Shown: positions 37,294-48,016 of the stretch, piece after piece
How the letters are laid out: every line of letters starts with the position of its first letter
Numbering within the stretch: position 1 is the first letter of the stretch
Position numbers and translations under genes: made by a program
DNA from: an uncultured Candidatus Binatia bacterium
Lineage (GTDB): Bacteria > Desulfobacterota > Binatia > Bin18
Assembly: GCA_965200965.1 (NCBI GenBank)
Contig: OZ241744.1
Span: forward strand, 3,424,001-3,488,000
Direction of reading: 5' to 3'
Length of the DNA: 64,000 nt
The notes under the pieces: generated by a model
The model's input: the letters and a program-made list of their open reading frames with translations, nothing else
Told to the model about the DNA's origin: nothing
Database searches by the model: none

Positions 37294-38604
37294 ATGCTCG
37301 AAGGTTTTCAAAACGCTGCCAAAATTGCAGAACTGCGCCGCCGCCTGTTTTTCACCCTGGGCATGTTGGCGGTGTACCGCATTGGTGTGGCTATCCCCAC
37401 GCCGGGCATTGACGGAGAAGCGCTGGCCACCTTTTTTGAACAAGCGGCGAGCAGCGTCTTTGGTCTGGTCAATCTCTTCTCCGGCGGAGCCCTGGAGCGC
37501 TTTTCAATCTTTGCGCTGGGCATTATGCCCTACATCAGCGCTTCCATCATCCTGCAACTCCTGACCGTCGTAGTTCCAACCCTCGAACGCCTGTCCAAGG
37601 AGGGTGAGCTGGGCCGACGAAAAATCACCCAGTACACGCGCTACAGTACAGTTGGGCTGTCGCTGCTGCAAAGCTTTTTCATCAGCGTCGGCCTGGAGCA
37701 GATCCAGGCTCCGGGCGGCAGTTCGGTGGTATTTGAGCCCGGTTGGGGGTTCCGCATCATGGCCATGATTACTCTCACCGCTGGCACGGCTTTTATCATG
37801 TGGTTGGGCGAGCAGATTACCGAGCGGGGCATTGGCAACGGTATCTCCCTGGTCATTTTTGCCGGTATCGTGGCCAGTATTCCCTCAGCGGTGACCGCGA
37901 CCACCGAATTTGTACGCGAGGGCGAACTGGGTATTCTGACCGTGGTCCTGCTGCTGGTGGGCATGGTGGCCATCGTTGGGGCGGTGATCTTCATGGAACG
38001 CTCCCAGCGTCGCATCCCGGTTCAGTACGCAAAACGGATGGTCGGGCGAAAGGTTTACGGTGGTCAGAGTTCGCATTTGCCGCTGAAGATCAATACCGCT
38101 GGGGTCATTCCGCCGATTTTCGCCTCTTCTGTTCTCATCTTTCCGGTGACCATAGCCGGATTCTCCGAGCATCCGTGGGCGCAAACCGTGGCTGATATCC
38201 TGGCTCCGGGGAGCGCGCTCTACAATCTGGCGTATGTCGCCATGATTATCTTCTTCTGTTATTTTTATACCGCGGTGGTCTTTAACCCCACCGATGTTGC
38301 CGACAACATGAAGAAATATGGGGGGTTTATCCCTGGTATTCGACCGGGCCAGCGGACGGCCGAGTACATTGACCGGGTGCTGAGTCGCATCACCCTTAGC
38401 GGCGCAATCTATGTGGCCATTATTTGCGTGATTCCCAATCTGCTGATCAGTTCCTTTAACGTGCCCTTCTTCTTTGGCGGCACAGCGCTGCTGATTGTCG
38501 TTGGTGTTGCCCTCGATACGGTGGGCCAGATGGAAACCCAGATCATGATGCGGAACTATGACGGGTTTATGAAACGGGGCCGCATTCGGGGCCGAAGAGG
38601 ATAG
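37294..38604 (+). CDS. secY: preprotein translocase subunit SecY
   Basis: SIFALGIMPYISASII, GIGNGIS, IPGIRPG. Confidence 0.99.
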   Translation: MLEGFQNAAKIAELRRRLFFTLGMLAVYRIGVAIPTPGIDGEALATFFEQAASSVFGLVNLFSGGALERFSIFALGIMPYISASIILQLLTVVVPTLERLSKEGELGRRKITQYTRYSTVGLSLLQSFFISVGLEQIQAPGGSSVVFEPGWGFRIMAMITLTAGTAFIMWLGEQITERGIGNGISLVIFAGIVASIPSAVTATTEFVREGELGILTVVLLLVGMVAIVGAVIFMERSQRRIPVQYAKRMVGRKVYGGQSSHLPLKINTAGVIPPIFASSVLIFPVTIAGFSEHPWAQTVADILAPGSALYNLAYVAMIIFFCYFYTAVVFNPTDVADNMKKYGGFIPGIRPGQRTAEYIDRVLSRITLSGAIYVAIICVIPNLLISSFNVPFFFGGTALLIVVGVALDTVGQMETQIMMRNYDGFMKRGRIRGRRG

Positions 38605-38625
38605 GCACGGTCCGCACCCCCCATT

Positions 38626-39393
38626 ATGATCTTCCTCAAGTCGCCACACGAAATCGCACTCATGCGCAAAGCCAACCGGATCGTGAGCGAGGTCCTGGCG
38701 GAGTTACGGGAAGAGGTGCGGCCCGGCGTCTCCACAGGCGACCTCGATCGCCGGGCCGCGGAGTTGATTCGGAAAAAGGGGGTGCGGTCCGCCTTCAAAG
38801 GCTATACCATGCGGAACGGAGCCGTGCCGTTTCCGGCCACGATCTGCGTGTCGATAAACGACGAGGTGGTGCATGGGATTCCGCAGAACACCCGGATCAT
38901 CCACGACGGCGACTTGGTGAGTCTTGACTTTGGCGTCATCTTTGAGGAGTTTTATGGGGACGCTGCTATCTCCTTCGTGCTTGGCTCCGGCCAGGAGCGG
39001 GTCCACAAACTCCTGACCACAACGGCCGAGTCGCTTGAAGCAGGCATCGCCCAGGCCCAGGTCGGCAACCGGCTCGGCGATGTGTCAGCCGCAATCCAGG
39101 AGCGCGTTGAACGGGCGGACTTTTCCATTGTGCGTGAGTTTGTCGGCCACGGTGTAGGGCGACGCCTGCATGAGGACCCTGCCGTGCCCAACTATGGCCC
39201 AAGAAATCGCGGGGTTCGTCTCCGCGAGGGCATGGTTCTGGCCATTGAACCTATGGTCACGATGGGACGGGCGGAGGTTACGATGAAAGACGACGGCTGG
39301 ACTGCGGTGACACAAGACGGCAGCTTGTCGGCTCATGTTGAGCACTCGATTGCAATTACCGAGCGTGGGCCACAGGTCCTGAGCCAACTCTAA
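38626..39393 (+). CDS. map: type I methionine aminopeptidase
   Basis: SINDEVVHGIP, GHGVG..LHEDP, AIEPM, SAHVEH. Confidence 0.97.
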   Translation: MIFLKSPHEIALMRKANRIVSEVLAELREEVRPGVSTGDLDRRAAELIRKKGVRSAFKGYTMRNGAVPFPATICVSINDEVVHGIPQNTRIIHDGDLVSLDFGVIFEEFYGDAAISFVLGSGQERVHKLLTTTAESLEAGIAQAQVGNRLGDVSAAIQERVERADFSIVREFVGHGVGRRLHEDPAVPNYGPRNRGVRLREGMVLAIEPMVTMGRAEVTMKDDGWTAVTQDGSLSAHVEHSIAITERGPQVLSQL

Positions 39394-39401
39394 GATCGTC
39401 A

Positions 39402-39448
39402 AGGTGAATCATCTTGCCTTCCTCTCGACCGGCTAAGATGATTCACCT
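39402..39448. repeat. 14-bp perfect inverted repeat (hairpin) between map and rpmJ
   Basis: AGGTGAATCATCTT (39402-39415) / AAGATGATTCACCT (39435-39448), with an extra GCC/GGC pairing inside. Confidence 0.85.
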
Positions 39449-39465
39449 GTAGGGAGGAGGCGTGT

Positions 39466-39579
39466 ATGAAGGTTCGGGCCTCAGTCAAAAAGATGTGTCG
39501 GAAGTGCAAGCTGATTCGCCGCTTTGGAAAAGTGCGCGTTATTTGTGAGAATCCGCGCCACAAACAACACCAGGGCTAG
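39466..39579 (+). CDS. rpmJ: 50S ribosomal protein L36 (below ORF-track size cut-off)
   Basis: [37 protein letters not shown]; SD GGAGG. Confidence 0.97.
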   Translation: MKVRASVKKMCRKCKLIRRFGKVRVICENPRHKQHQG

Positions 39580-39605
39580 CACCGGCGAGGACAGGGAGAA
39601 GAACT

Positions 39606-39986
39606 ATGGCACGAGTCGCCGGGATCGAATTGCCCCGGAATAAGCGGATCGAAATCGGTCTGACCTACATCCACGGAATTGGCCGCAAGACGGCAGCCGA
39701 CATCCTTGCTGCGGCCAGTGTCCCACCGGAGCGGAACACCGATGAGTTAAGCGATGATGAGGTCGCCACTATTCGCCGTGTTCTTGAGGAAAGCTATCGG
39801 GTTGAGGGCGACCTGCGCCGGGACGTGACCGGGAATATCAAGCGCTACATTGATATCGGCTCTCACCGGGGCATCCGTCACCGCAAGAACCTGCCGGTCC
39901 GAGGCCAGCGGACCAAGACAAACTCGCGGACGCGGAAAGGCCCGAAACGTACGGTGGCTGGGAAAAAGCAGGTGCCGGCCCGCTAG
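39606..39986 (+). CDS. rpsM: 30S ribosomal protein S13
   Basis: [18 protein letters not shown]. Confidence 0.99.
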   Translation: MARVAGIELPRNKRIEIGLTYIHGIGRKTAADILAAASVPPERNTDELSDDEVATIRRVLEESYRVEGDLRRDVTGNIKRYIDIGSHRGIRHRKNLPVRGQRTKTNSRTRKGPKRTVAGKKQVPAR

Positions 39987-40011
39987 TCCGCAGTTGTAAG
40001 GAGAACATGGC

Positions 40012-40410
40012 ATGGCCAGAGCCGGCGAGCGTGCTTCGACACGCAGGAAACGCATTAAGCGGTCTGTCCCGGAAGGTGTCGTTCACATCTACTCAACCTT
40101 CAACAACACCATTGTGACCATCACCGACACCCAGGGGAACTCCGTAGCCTGGGCCAGCTCGGGCAGTGTGGGCTTCAAAGGCTCACGCAAAGGCACCCCG
40201 TATGCCGCCCAAATGGCGGCTGAAAGCGCGGCTCGGAAAGCGGCTGATGCCGGGATGCGTTCCGTTCAGGTGCATGTAAAGGGACCAGGGGCGGGGCGGG
40301 AATCGGCCCTGCGCTCGCTTCAAGCCACCGGGTTTGCCGTAAGCGTCATCCGGGATGTCACCCCGATTCCGCATAATGGGTGCCGTCCTCCAAAACAGCG
40401 GCGGGTATGA
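40012..40410 (+). CDS. rpsK: 30S ribosomal protein S11
   Basis: [23 protein letters not shown]. Confidence 0.99.
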   Translation: MARAGERASTRRKRIKRSVPEGVVHIYSTFNNTIVTITDTQGNSVAWASSGSVGFKGSRKGTPYAAQMAAESAARKAADAGMRSVQVHVKGPGAGRESALRSLQATGFAVSVIRDVTPIPHNGCRPPKQRRV

Positions 40411-40519
40411 GACGGCTGAGGAAGACAGGCGAGTCACAGGGCACAGGGCAAAACCCATACGGGAGAGAGTGAGCTACCCCTAAGCTCCCCACCGAGGTAT
40501 ACGGAAGCTGGAGGATTTT

Positions 40520-41152
40520 GTGGCGCGATACAGCGGGCCAGTCTGTCGCCTGTGCAGGCGAGAGGGAATTAAGCTCTTCCTCAAGGGAGAGCGCTGCTAT
40601 ACTGATAAGTGTGCGATAGAACGGCGGAGTTATCCGCCGGGACAGCACGGCCAGGGACGGGGGCGGAAGGCAACCGAGTATAGTATCCAGTTGCGCGAGA
40701 AGCAAAAGCTCAAACGCATCTACGGAGCCCTGGAGAAGCCCTTTCGGCGAATGTTCTCCTTAGCCGAACGCCAACATGGCGTCACTGGAGAGAATCTGCT
40801 GTTGCTCTTAGAGCGCCGTCTTGACAATACGGTGTACCGGATGGGATTTGCGACCTCCCGCTCAGAAGCTAGGCAGCTCGTCCAGCACGGCCACTTTCTG
40901 GTCAACAACCGTCGCGTGACCATCCCCTCCTACATGGTCGCCGTCGGTGATGAGGTCCAGGTCCGGGAGACCAGTCGCAAAATCACCCGTATCCAGGAAG
41001 CGGCCGAGTTGGCCCAACGCCGCGGCGTGCCAGAATGGCTAGAGGTTGAGAAGGATACATTTGTTGGCAAAATGAAAGCTCTTCCCGAACGAGCCGAGCT
41101 CACCGTTCCGGTCAACGAACAACTGATTGTTGAGCTCTACTCAAAGGTCTAG
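40520..41152 (+). CDS. rpsD: 30S ribosomal protein S4 (Cys/Zn type)
   Basis: [31 protein letters not shown]. Confidence 0.99.
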   Translation: MARYSGPVCRLCRREGIKLFLKGERCYTDKCAIERRSYPPGQHGQGRGRKATEYSIQLREKQKLKRIYGALEKPFRRMFSLAERQHGVTGENLLLLLERRLDNTVYRMGFATSRSEARQLVQHGHFLVNNRRVTIPSYMVAVGDEVQVRETSRKITRIQEAAELAQRRGVPEWLEVEKDTFVGKMKALPERAELTVPVNEQLIVELYSKV

Positions 41153-41172
41153 CGTCACGGTGACGGGGTATT

Positions 41173-41385
41173 ATGACATCTCTGACTTTCTTTGTAGCGG
41201 CGTCGCTGCTCGCATACTACCTTCAGTTACTCCTGATCGGTGGTAGACTGTTCATGATGCATCGAGCCGGCCTGCGACGCGATCGGCAACTTGATGTCAT
41301 GGAGGCCGGGTCGCAGGCACGGTCTCGCGCTTTGGACGAGCAGACTCAGTTATTGCGCGAGGCGACTCAGTCGCTAGCGGAGTAG
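41173..41385 (+). CDS. small hypothetical protein (N-terminal TM plus coiled coil), possibly truncated by TAG
   Basis: ATG with GGGG SD; hydrophobic N-terminus; frame stays open for 17 codons after the TAG, to TAA 41437-41439. Confidence 0.55.
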   Translation: MTSLTFFVAASLLAYYLQLLLIGGRLFMMHRAGLRRDRQLDVMEAGSQARSRALDEQTQLLREATQSLAE

Positions 41386-41555
41386 AACCGGTCATTGGAG
41401 AGCCGGGTGCTGGGAGAGCTACTGCGGCGGACGGGATAACTGAAACGGCCGGGTTGTTTGATCAGCCCCGTATGTTAACGCCAAAACGGCGGTTCGGTGC
41501 TATTGCCGCCGCATAATCTGTATGGGCGACACCACGACAGCGGAGGAACATCTCT

Positions 41556-43247
41556 ATGGCAACACCTGGGAAAATGAGCGTTGAGAAGGGAAGGAAGTTT
41601 GAGGACTGGTGCGAGGACCATATCCGCGACGAAGTGTTTCCTAACGAGGACTATTTCAGAATCAAGCGCCAACATCATCCCGGCGGGAATTTGGAGAGGG
41701 TGGACTTTCACGTCCAGCTCAAGAAAAAACCTGGAAACCAAGGTTTGGTCATTGAGTGTAAGAATTATGGGAAATCTTCACTGGAATTGAGAAAGGCGAT
41801 TCGTCAAGTAAAGGAATATAAGAAGGCTACTGGGGCAAAGTGGGCGATGATATGGATAAGCAACGAGAGTGTGCCTTCCCCCGAATTTTTGAAGGATGCC
41901 AGCGATGCCGGAATTGAAGTTCATCAAATCGATATGTCTTTTATCCAGAAAGTGCCGATATTGAGGAACTTCAGAAAGAAACACAGGATCCTGAATCGGA
42001 ATAAGGAGGATGCCACATACATCGATCGCATGCACCGCGAATTAGCGGAGTATCTTGCAGAGGAGAACCAATCTAGCATAGCGGAAGCTCTGAATGAGAT
42101 GGAAATGGAAGTCGAGAGGGACTATAGAGCCTTTCTTGAACTCGTCGATATACCGGACGAGATGGGTGTTACGGAGGACTCTGGAGACTTCCTTTCTTCC
42201 CCGCATATGCAACCTGAAAGAGCCACAATGCAGAAGATTGATCTCATCAAGCCCGAGGAAATCATCGTTGATAAAGAAACCCTGACCGCAACCTATGGTC
42301 GCTTTACCGGGGAGCCTTTTGAGCGCGGGTTTGGCCTAACCCTGGGGAATGCCTTGCGTCGGGTCTTACTCTCCTCGCTGACCGGCGCGGCCATTACCAA
42401 GGTGCGCATCAACGGGGTCCTGCACGAGTTCTCAACCGTGTCCGGCATGACGGAAGATGTCACCGACCTCTTACTAAACCTCAAAGAAATCCGCTTCCGC
42501 CTTGAGGACACCGACCAGGAGACGATCCGGCTTGACGTGCAAGGCCAAGGGGAGGTCACCGCGGCCGACCTGAAAACCGATGCCCAGGTCGAGATCCTGA
42601 ATCCTGACAAGCACTTGGCCAGCCTCGGTAAAGACGCCAGCCTCGAGTTTGAAGCCGTCGTCCAAACCGGCCGGGGATATGTGACTACCGAGCAGCACAA
42701 ATCTGAGGACGACCCCCTTGGCACAATTCCGCTGGACGCGGCATTTTCTCCGGTGCGCAGGGTCAATATCACAGTCACCAACGCGCGCGTAGGCCAACGG
42801 ACCGATTATGAGCGGCTGGCCCTTGAAGTGTGGACCGACGGCAGCCTGAGACCAGAAAAAGCGGTTGCGGAGGCGGCCCGGATTATTCAAGACCAGTTCA
42901 GCGTTTTTGTCGGCCCAAGTGAGGAACAGGAATGGCGGGCCGAGACCAGGGAAGAGCCGGCTGGGGTCGTGAATGAAAATCTGCTGCGGCCGATTGAAGA
43001 ATTGAACCTGTCGGTGCGGTCTGCCAACTGTCTCCAGAGCGCCGACCTGCGCTATGTCGGCGAACTCGTCCAGCGCACCGAGCCAGAGTTGCTCAAGACC
43101 AAGAACTTTGGTCGAAAGTCCCTGAACGAAATCAAGGATACCCTCCAGAACATGGGGCTTGAGTTGGGTCTTCAACTCGGCGATTTTCCTTCGCGCGAAG
43201 AGTTGGACCGTAGGCGAGCAGAATACGAGCCAGAACTCAGTTCCTAG
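41556..43247 (+). CDS. rpoA: RNA polymerase alpha subunit with N-terminal PD-(D/E)xK endonuclease-like domain (RpoA portion from ATG 42228)
   Basis: RpoA: [46 protein letters not shown]-terminal 224 aa: KGRKFE..VDF..VIECKNY..IRQVKEY. SD GGAGGA before 41556. Confidence 0.95.
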   Translation: MATPGKMSVEKGRKFEDWCEDHIRDEVFPNEDYFRIKRQHHPGGNLERVDFHVQLKKKPGNQGLVIECKNYGKSSLELRKAIRQVKEYKKATGAKWAMIWISNESVPSPEFLKDASDAGIEVHQIDMSFIQKVPILRNFRKKHRILNRNKEDATYIDRMHRELAEYLAEENQSSIAEALNEMEMEVERDYRAFLELVDIPDEMGVTEDSGDFLSSPHMQPERATMQKIDLIKPEEIIVDKETLTATYGRFTGEPFERGFGLTLGNALRRVLLSSLTGAAITKVRINGVLHEFSTVSGMTEDVTDLLLNLKEIRFRLEDTDQETIRLDVQGQGEVTAADLKTDAQVEILNPDKHLASLGKDASLEFEAVVQTGRGYVTTEQHKSEDDPLGTIPLDAAFSPVRRVNITVTNARVGQRTDYERLALEVWTDGSLRPEKAVAEAARIIQDQFSVFVGPSEEQEWRAETREEPAGVVNENLLRPIEELNLSVRSANCLQSADLRYVGELVQRTEPELLKTKNFGRKSLNEIKDTLQNMGLELGLQLGDFPSREELDRRRAEYEPELSS

Positions 43248-43281
43248 ATTTCAGGCACTCTGGGACACGAGATACACAGTC

Positions 43282-43659
43282 ATGCGACACCTCAAAACCG
43301 GACGAAAACTGAACCGCACCGCGGCTCATCGTCGAGCGCTGATCCGCAACCTGCTCAAGGCGCTCATCCAGCGTGAGCAAATCCAGACGACCGACGCCAA
43401 GGCCAAAGAACTCCGCCGTTGGGCTGACCGTATTGTCACCTTGGGCAAGCGGAATACCCTGCACGCCCGCCGTCTGGCCTACGCGCAATTAGGCAGCCGG
43501 GCCTTAGTCTCGCGTGTATTTGACGACATTGCCCCCCGTTTTGAAAATCGTGTCGGCGGATATACCCGCATTATCAAGCTTGGCCCTCGACGTGGCGACG
43601 CGGCTCCGCTATCCTTAATTGAGTTCACCGAACGCGAGGCAGAGCCGGCAACCGACTAA
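43282..43659 (+). CDS. rplQ: 50S ribosomal protein L17
   Basis: [26 protein letters not shown]. Confidence 0.98.
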   Translation: MRHLKTGRKLNRTAAHRRALIRNLLKALIQREQIQTTDAKAKELRRWADRIVTLGKRNTLHARRLAYAQLGSRALVSRVFDDIAPRFENRVGGYTRIIKLGPRRGDAAPLSLIEFTEREAEPATD

Positions 43660-43741
43660 AGGTCAGAGCCGAACGGCGGTGTGAGAGGCGAGCCAGCCGT
43701 GGGGGCGGGCCCGCCCGAGTGTTGGAGGAGGGGAGGAGCAG

Positions 43742-44386
43742 ATGGCACAACGACATTATCGCTTACAGGTGAATGTGCTTGAAGGAAGCATGCTGGTGGT
43801 GAGTTGCCTGTTTGCTTCTTTGCTCATTTTTGTCTTTGGGGTCTATGTCGGGAAAGAGGTTCAAGCCCAGAAAACGTTCAAACAGGCCAAACCGCTTCGT
43901 GTGCCTGTCGGGGGGGTAAAAACCGCTCTCCTTGACCGGTCGCCTGCCTCTCCGCTCGGTCCTCGGCCTGTAGTCTCAACCCGGGAACGAGCGATCCCAC
44001 ACCGCGTTCAGCAGCCCAAACCCATCTCGCTGCCGGCTGCCGCCGTCCTGGCCAAAGCTGGACCCCCTGCTTCCTCCGAGGCCAAGCCCCGGACTAGACC
44101 CACGACCCGAGAACGGCCGGCGGCCGCGCCTCCTCCAAAACCACCCGCCAAACCGAGACCGTGGAGCGTTCAGGTCCAGGCTACGACCCGGGAGAAAACG
44201 GCTCGGCGCACAGCGCAACGCCTGCGTCAGCAGGGCTACAGCCCCTCGCTCAGCAAGGTCATCCGACAGGGCAAGGTGTGGTACCGGGTCCGGGTCGGGC
44301 CTTTTACCGAGAGAGAAGCCAAGGCCGCGATCTCGCGCTTTCGACGCCAGAAAATGTTTGCCCAAGCCTACCCCGTTTCGCACTAA
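43742..44386 (+). CDS. SPOR-domain membrane protein (FtsN/DedD-like)
   Basis: N-terminal TM, Pro/Ala-rich linker, WSVQV...WYRVRVGPF. Confidence 0.85.
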   Translation: MAQRHYRLQVNVLEGSMLVVSCLFASLLIFVFGVYVGKEVQAQKTFKQAKPLRVPVGGVKTALLDRSPASPLGPRPVVSTRERAIPHRVQQPKPISLPAAAVLAKAGPPASSEAKPRTRPTTRERPAAAPPPKPPAKPRPWSVQVQATTREKTARRTAQRLRQQGYSPSLSKVIRQGKVWYRVRVGPFTEREAKAAISRFRRQKMFAQAYPVSH

Positions 44387-44389
44387 GAT

Positions 44390-45409
44390 ATGACGGTACG
44401 AGAGGCCATCGCCCGTGTGGTCAGCGGCCATGACCTGAGCGAACAGGAGATGGCCGCCGTCACCGCCGAACTCATGGACGGTCAGGCCACCCCGGCCCAA
44501 ATCGGTGCCCTCCTGACCGGCCTCCACATGAAGGGCGAGGTCGTCGCCGAGATTGCCGGTGCGGCCCGGGTGATGCGAGACCGTGCCAGCCGGGTTGAGC
44601 CACCCGGACCGGTGATTGATACCTGTGGCACAGGTGGGGACGGCTGCCACACCTTTAATATCTCTACCGCGGCGGCCTTTGTCGTTGCTGCGGCTGGCGG
44701 CAGTGTGGCCAAGCACGGCAACCGTGCCATGTCCGGGCCGGTTGGTGGCGCGGATGTCCTGCAAACGCTCGGGGCGCGTGTCGAACTGAGGCCCGACCAG
44801 GTTGCCCATTGTTTGCGGACGGTCGGCTTTGGCTTCTTCCTGGCACCGGCCTTTCACCGGGCGATGCGCTACGCCGCTGGGCCGCGTCGAGAAATCGGAG
44901 TTCGGACGATCTTCAACCTGCTCGGCCCGCTGACCAATCCGGCCAGGGCTGAACACCAGCTCATCGGCGTTTTTGCCCGTCGCTGGGCGGTACCGTTGGC
45001 CGAAGCCTTAGGCCGTCTGGGGAGCAGCCATGCGCTGGTCGTACATGGCGCGGACGGCCTTGATGAACTCTCGCTGTCCAGTCCTAGCCATGTTGCCGAG
45101 TGGGTTGAGGGGCGGGTGAAGACCTACACGATTCAGCCCCAGGAGTTTGGCTTCTCCCCCTGCCGGTTGTCCGACCTCCAGGTGCGTAGCGCCCAGGAAT
45201 CGGCCGCGGTCATCCGCCACATCTTTGCCGGCCAACCCGGGCCGGCGCGGGATATTGTGTGTCTCAACGCCGGAGCCGCGCTGTACGCCGGCGATCTCGT
45301 CCCGTCTGTGAGCGCAGGCGTCAGCCGGGCCCAAGCCACCATCGACAGCGGGGCCGTGGCGCGGACCCTTGACGGCTATATTTCTCTGAGCCTCACGGAA
45401 GCGATATGA
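44390..45409 (+). CDS. trpD: anthranilate phosphoribosyltransferase
   Basis: DTCGTGGDG..FNIST, AKHGNR, RTIFNLLGPL.NP. Confidence 0.97.
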   Translation: MTVREAIARVVSGHDLSEQEMAAVTAELMDGQATPAQIGALLTGLHMKGEVVAEIAGAARVMRDRASRVEPPGPVIDTCGTGGDGCHTFNISTAAAFVVAAAGGSVAKHGNRAMSGPVGGADVLQTLGARVELRPDQVAHCLRTVGFGFFLAPAFHRAMRYAAGPRREIGVRTIFNLLGPLTNPARAEHQLIGVFARRWAVPLAEALGRLGSSHALVVHGADGLDELSLSSPSHVAEWVEGRVKTYTIQPQEFGFSPCRLSDLQVRSAQESAAVIRHIFAGQPGPARDIVCLNAGAALYAGDLVPSVSAGVSRAQATIDSGAVARTLDGYISLSLTEAI

Positions 45410-46185
45410 TTCTTGATGACATTGTTGCCCACAAACGGGCTGAACTGGCCGTCCGCAAACAGACGCTTTCCCTCGCCCAACTGCAAGACTCGGCCCACTT
45501 CCGGGCAGTACCGACCGCGTTTTTGCCGGCGCTTCAGCGCCACCCCGGCCGGGCAATTATCGCTGAGGTGAAAAAAGCTTCGCCGTCAAAAGGCGTTATC
45601 CGGACTGATTTTGATCCCTTGCGGCTGGCGCGGACCTACGCCGCGGCCGGTGCCGCGGCCATCTCGGTGCTGACCGATCAGAAGTTTTTTCAGGGCCATC
45701 TGGACTATTTGGCCCTGATTCGCCGCCACCTCAATCTGCCGCTGCTGCGCAAGGACTTTGTGTTTGATCCCTACCAGGTGTATGAAGCCCGGTCGTATGG
45801 GGCGAGCGCCATCCTCCTGATCGTCGCCATTTTGTCAGACACCCAACTCCAGGAGTTAGCGGCCCTGGCCGACGCTCTGGGGCTAGATTGTCTTGTTGAG
45901 GTACACGACGAGGCAGAACTCGAACGCGCCCTGGCCGGCAAGGTCTCCCTGCTCGGCATCAATAATCGAGACCTGCGGACGTTCCAGACCAGCATTGAGA
46001 CGAGCGAGCGCCTGCTGCAGTCCATTCCAGCCGGGGTGACTGTTGTATCAGAGAGCGGCCTGTCGCAGGCCGGGCAACTGGCCCGGCTCGAAGCGCAGGG
46101 CGTCAGAGCGTTTTTGATCGGTGAGACCTTTACGGCCGCCCCAGACCCAGGCGAACCCCTCCGGGCGATGCTGGCCGCTCCATGA
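45406..46185 (+). CDS. trpC: indole-3-glycerol phosphate synthase
   Basis: IAEVKKASPSKG, LLRKDF, GINNRDL, VSESG. Confidence 0.98.
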   Translation: MILDDIVAHKRAELAVRKQTLSLAQLQDSAHFRAVPTAFLPALQRHPGRAIIAEVKKASPSKGVIRTDFDPLRLARTYAAAGAAAISVLTDQKFFQGHLDYLALIRRHLNLPLLRKDFVFDPYQVYEARSYGASAILLIVAILSDTQLQELAALADALGLDCLVEVHDEAELERALAGKVSLLGINNRDLRTFQTSIETSERLLQSIPAGVTVVSESGLSQAGQLARLEAQGVRAFLIGETFTAAPDPGEPLRAMLAAP

Positions 46186-46203
46186 GCCGCCCCTCAGTAC
46201 CAG

Positions 46204-46824
46204 ATGAGTATCCGGGTCAAGATCTGTGGCATCACCACAGTTGAAGACGCCCGTCTGGCGGTTGAGGCTGGTGCCGATCTGATTGGCCTCAACTTCTACC
46301 CGCCCAGCCCGCGGAGTGTGTCCGAGCAAACCGCCCGTGTCATCTGTGCGCTCCTCCCGCCTCCGGTCTGGCGGGTCGGGGTTTTTGTGAATGCTCAGCG
46401 AGAGTGCGTGGCAACACTGGCTGAGCAGCTCGGTCTGCACGCCCTCCAGTTCCACGGCGATGGAACCCCAGCAGAGTGCAGCGGCTGGCGGCAGAAAACG
46501 ATCAAAGCCGTGCGTATCGGCTCTCAGCCGCTCTCCCCGGACTGGCAGGCCCATCCGGCCGACTATCTGCTGCTTGACACCTACCATCCGGGCCGATACG
46601 GAGGGACCGGGGTCAGCTTTGCCTGGTCACGGTTGGCCGCGCTGACCGAAGACCAGCGCAAGCGCCTTATTCTGGCCGGCGGCCTCACGCCTGAGAATGT
46701 CGCCGCCGCAATCCGTGCCGTGCGGCCCTGGGCGGTTGATGTTGCCAGCGGTGTAGAGAACGCCCCGGGCCACAAAGACCCCGACAAACTCCGCGCCTTT
46801 ATTCAGTATGCCAAGACAGCCTGA
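46204..46824 (+). CDS. trpF: phosphoribosylanthranilate isomerase
   Basis: [25 protein letters not shown]. Confidence 0.98.
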   Translation: MSIRVKICGITTVEDARLAVEAGADLIGLNFYPPSPRSVSEQTARVICALLPPPVWRVGVFVNAQRECVATLAEQLGLHALQFHGDGTPAECSGWRQKTIKAVRIGSQPLSPDWQAHPADYLLLDTYHPGRYGGTGVSFAWSRLAALTEDQRKRLILAGGLTPENVAAAIRAVRPWAVDVASGVENAPGHKDPDKLRAFIQYAKTA

Positions 46825-48016
46825 CAGCCGTGGTCATTTTGGTCCGTATGGGGGCCGGTATGTTGCCGAAACCCTGATGCCGGCGCTGATTGAGCTCGAG
46901 GACTTGTACCGTCGGTCTCGGCGCGACCCAAGGTTTCAGGCCGAGTTGCGCGCCCTGCGTCAAGAATATGTCGGCCGTCCAACCCCCCTGACCTTTGCCG
47001 AGCGTCTGACCCAGCGTCTGGGCGGGGCCAAGGTCTATCTCAAGCGAGAAGACCTGTGTCACACCGGGGCGCACAAAATCAACAACACCATCGGCCAAGC
47101 CCTGTTGGCCAAACGGATGGGCAAGCGGCGGCTGATTGCCGAGACCGGGGCCGGCCAGCACGGCGTGGCGACCGCCACGGTTGCCGCCCTGTTTGGCTTT
47201 GAGTGTGAGGTCTTCATGGGCAGCGATGATATTGTGCGCCAGGCACCAAATGTCTTTCGGATGCGCCTGCTCGGTGCCAGGCTGCGTGAGGTGGCCGCGG
47301 GGACACGCACCCTCAAAGACGCCATGAACGAGGCCCTGCGAGACTGGATCACCCGGGTCAGCTCCACGTTTTATGTGATTGGAACCGTGGCCGGGCCGCA
47401 CCCCTATCCCATGCTGGTCCGCGACTTTCAGTCGGTGATTGGCCGCGAGACCAAGCGACAGATACGCACCCAGACCGGCCGTTTGCCCGGCTATCTGATT
47501 GCCTGTGTCGGCGGCGGCAGCAACGCGATGGGTTTATTCTCCCCCTTTGTGTCGGCACCTCAGGTGCGCATGATCGGGGTCGAGGCCGGTGGCCTGGGGT
47601 CTGGACAGAACGCCGCCTCGATCAACGGTGCCCATGTCGGTGTCCTGCACGGCAGCAAGAGTTATGTGCTCCAAGACGAAATGGGCCAGATTCAGGACAC
47701 CTATTCCCTGGCCCCCGGCCTGGACTATCCCGGGGTGGGACCAGAGTTGAGCTATCTGAACGATCAGAGGCGCGTCCGGTATGTCACGGTCACGGACGAC
47801 GAAGCCGTTGCCGCCATTCAGCTGCTCGCCGAAACAGAGGGTATCATCCCTGCCCTGGAGAGCGCCCACGCCATTGCCTACGCGGCCTCTCTGGCCCCGC
47901 GCCTGCGGCCCGAGGAGACCGTGGTGATTAACGTGTCGGGGCGGGGTGACAAAGACCTGGAGAGCGTCGCCCGCTATGTGGAACAGTCACGCCACACTGG
48001 AGAGGGGAGGGAATGA
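46808..48016 (+). CDS. trpB: tryptophan synthase beta
   Basis: [27 protein letters not shown]. Confidence 0.99.
   Translation: MPRQPDSRGHFGPYGGRYVAETLMPALIELEDLYRRSRRDPRFQAELRALRQEYVGRPTPLTFAERLTQRLGGAKVYLKREDLCHTGAHKINNTIGQALLAKRMGKRRLIAETGAGQHGVATATVAALFGFECEVFMGSDDIVRQAPNVFRMRLLGARLREVAAGTRTLKDAMNEALRDWITRVSSTFYVIGTVAGPHPYPMLVRDFQSVIGRETKRQIRTQTGRLPGYLIACVGGGSNAMGLFSPFVSAPQVRMIGVEAGGLGSGQNAASINGAHVGVLHGSKSYVLQDEMGQIQDTYSLAPGLDYPGVGPELSYLNDQRRVRYVTVTDDEAVAAIQLLAETEGIIPALESAHAIAYAASLAPRLRPEETVVINVSGRGDKDLESVARYVEQSRHTGEGRE

Noticed and set aside
41383-41385. TAG as a pyrrolysine codon
   Set aside because: TAG is an ordinary stop for many genes here and no pyl genes are present in the window; a nonsense mutation is simpler
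41153-42227. rpsD-rpoA cassette as an IS or transposon
   Set aside because: No transposase or integrase motifs, terminal inverted repeats or target-site duplication visible
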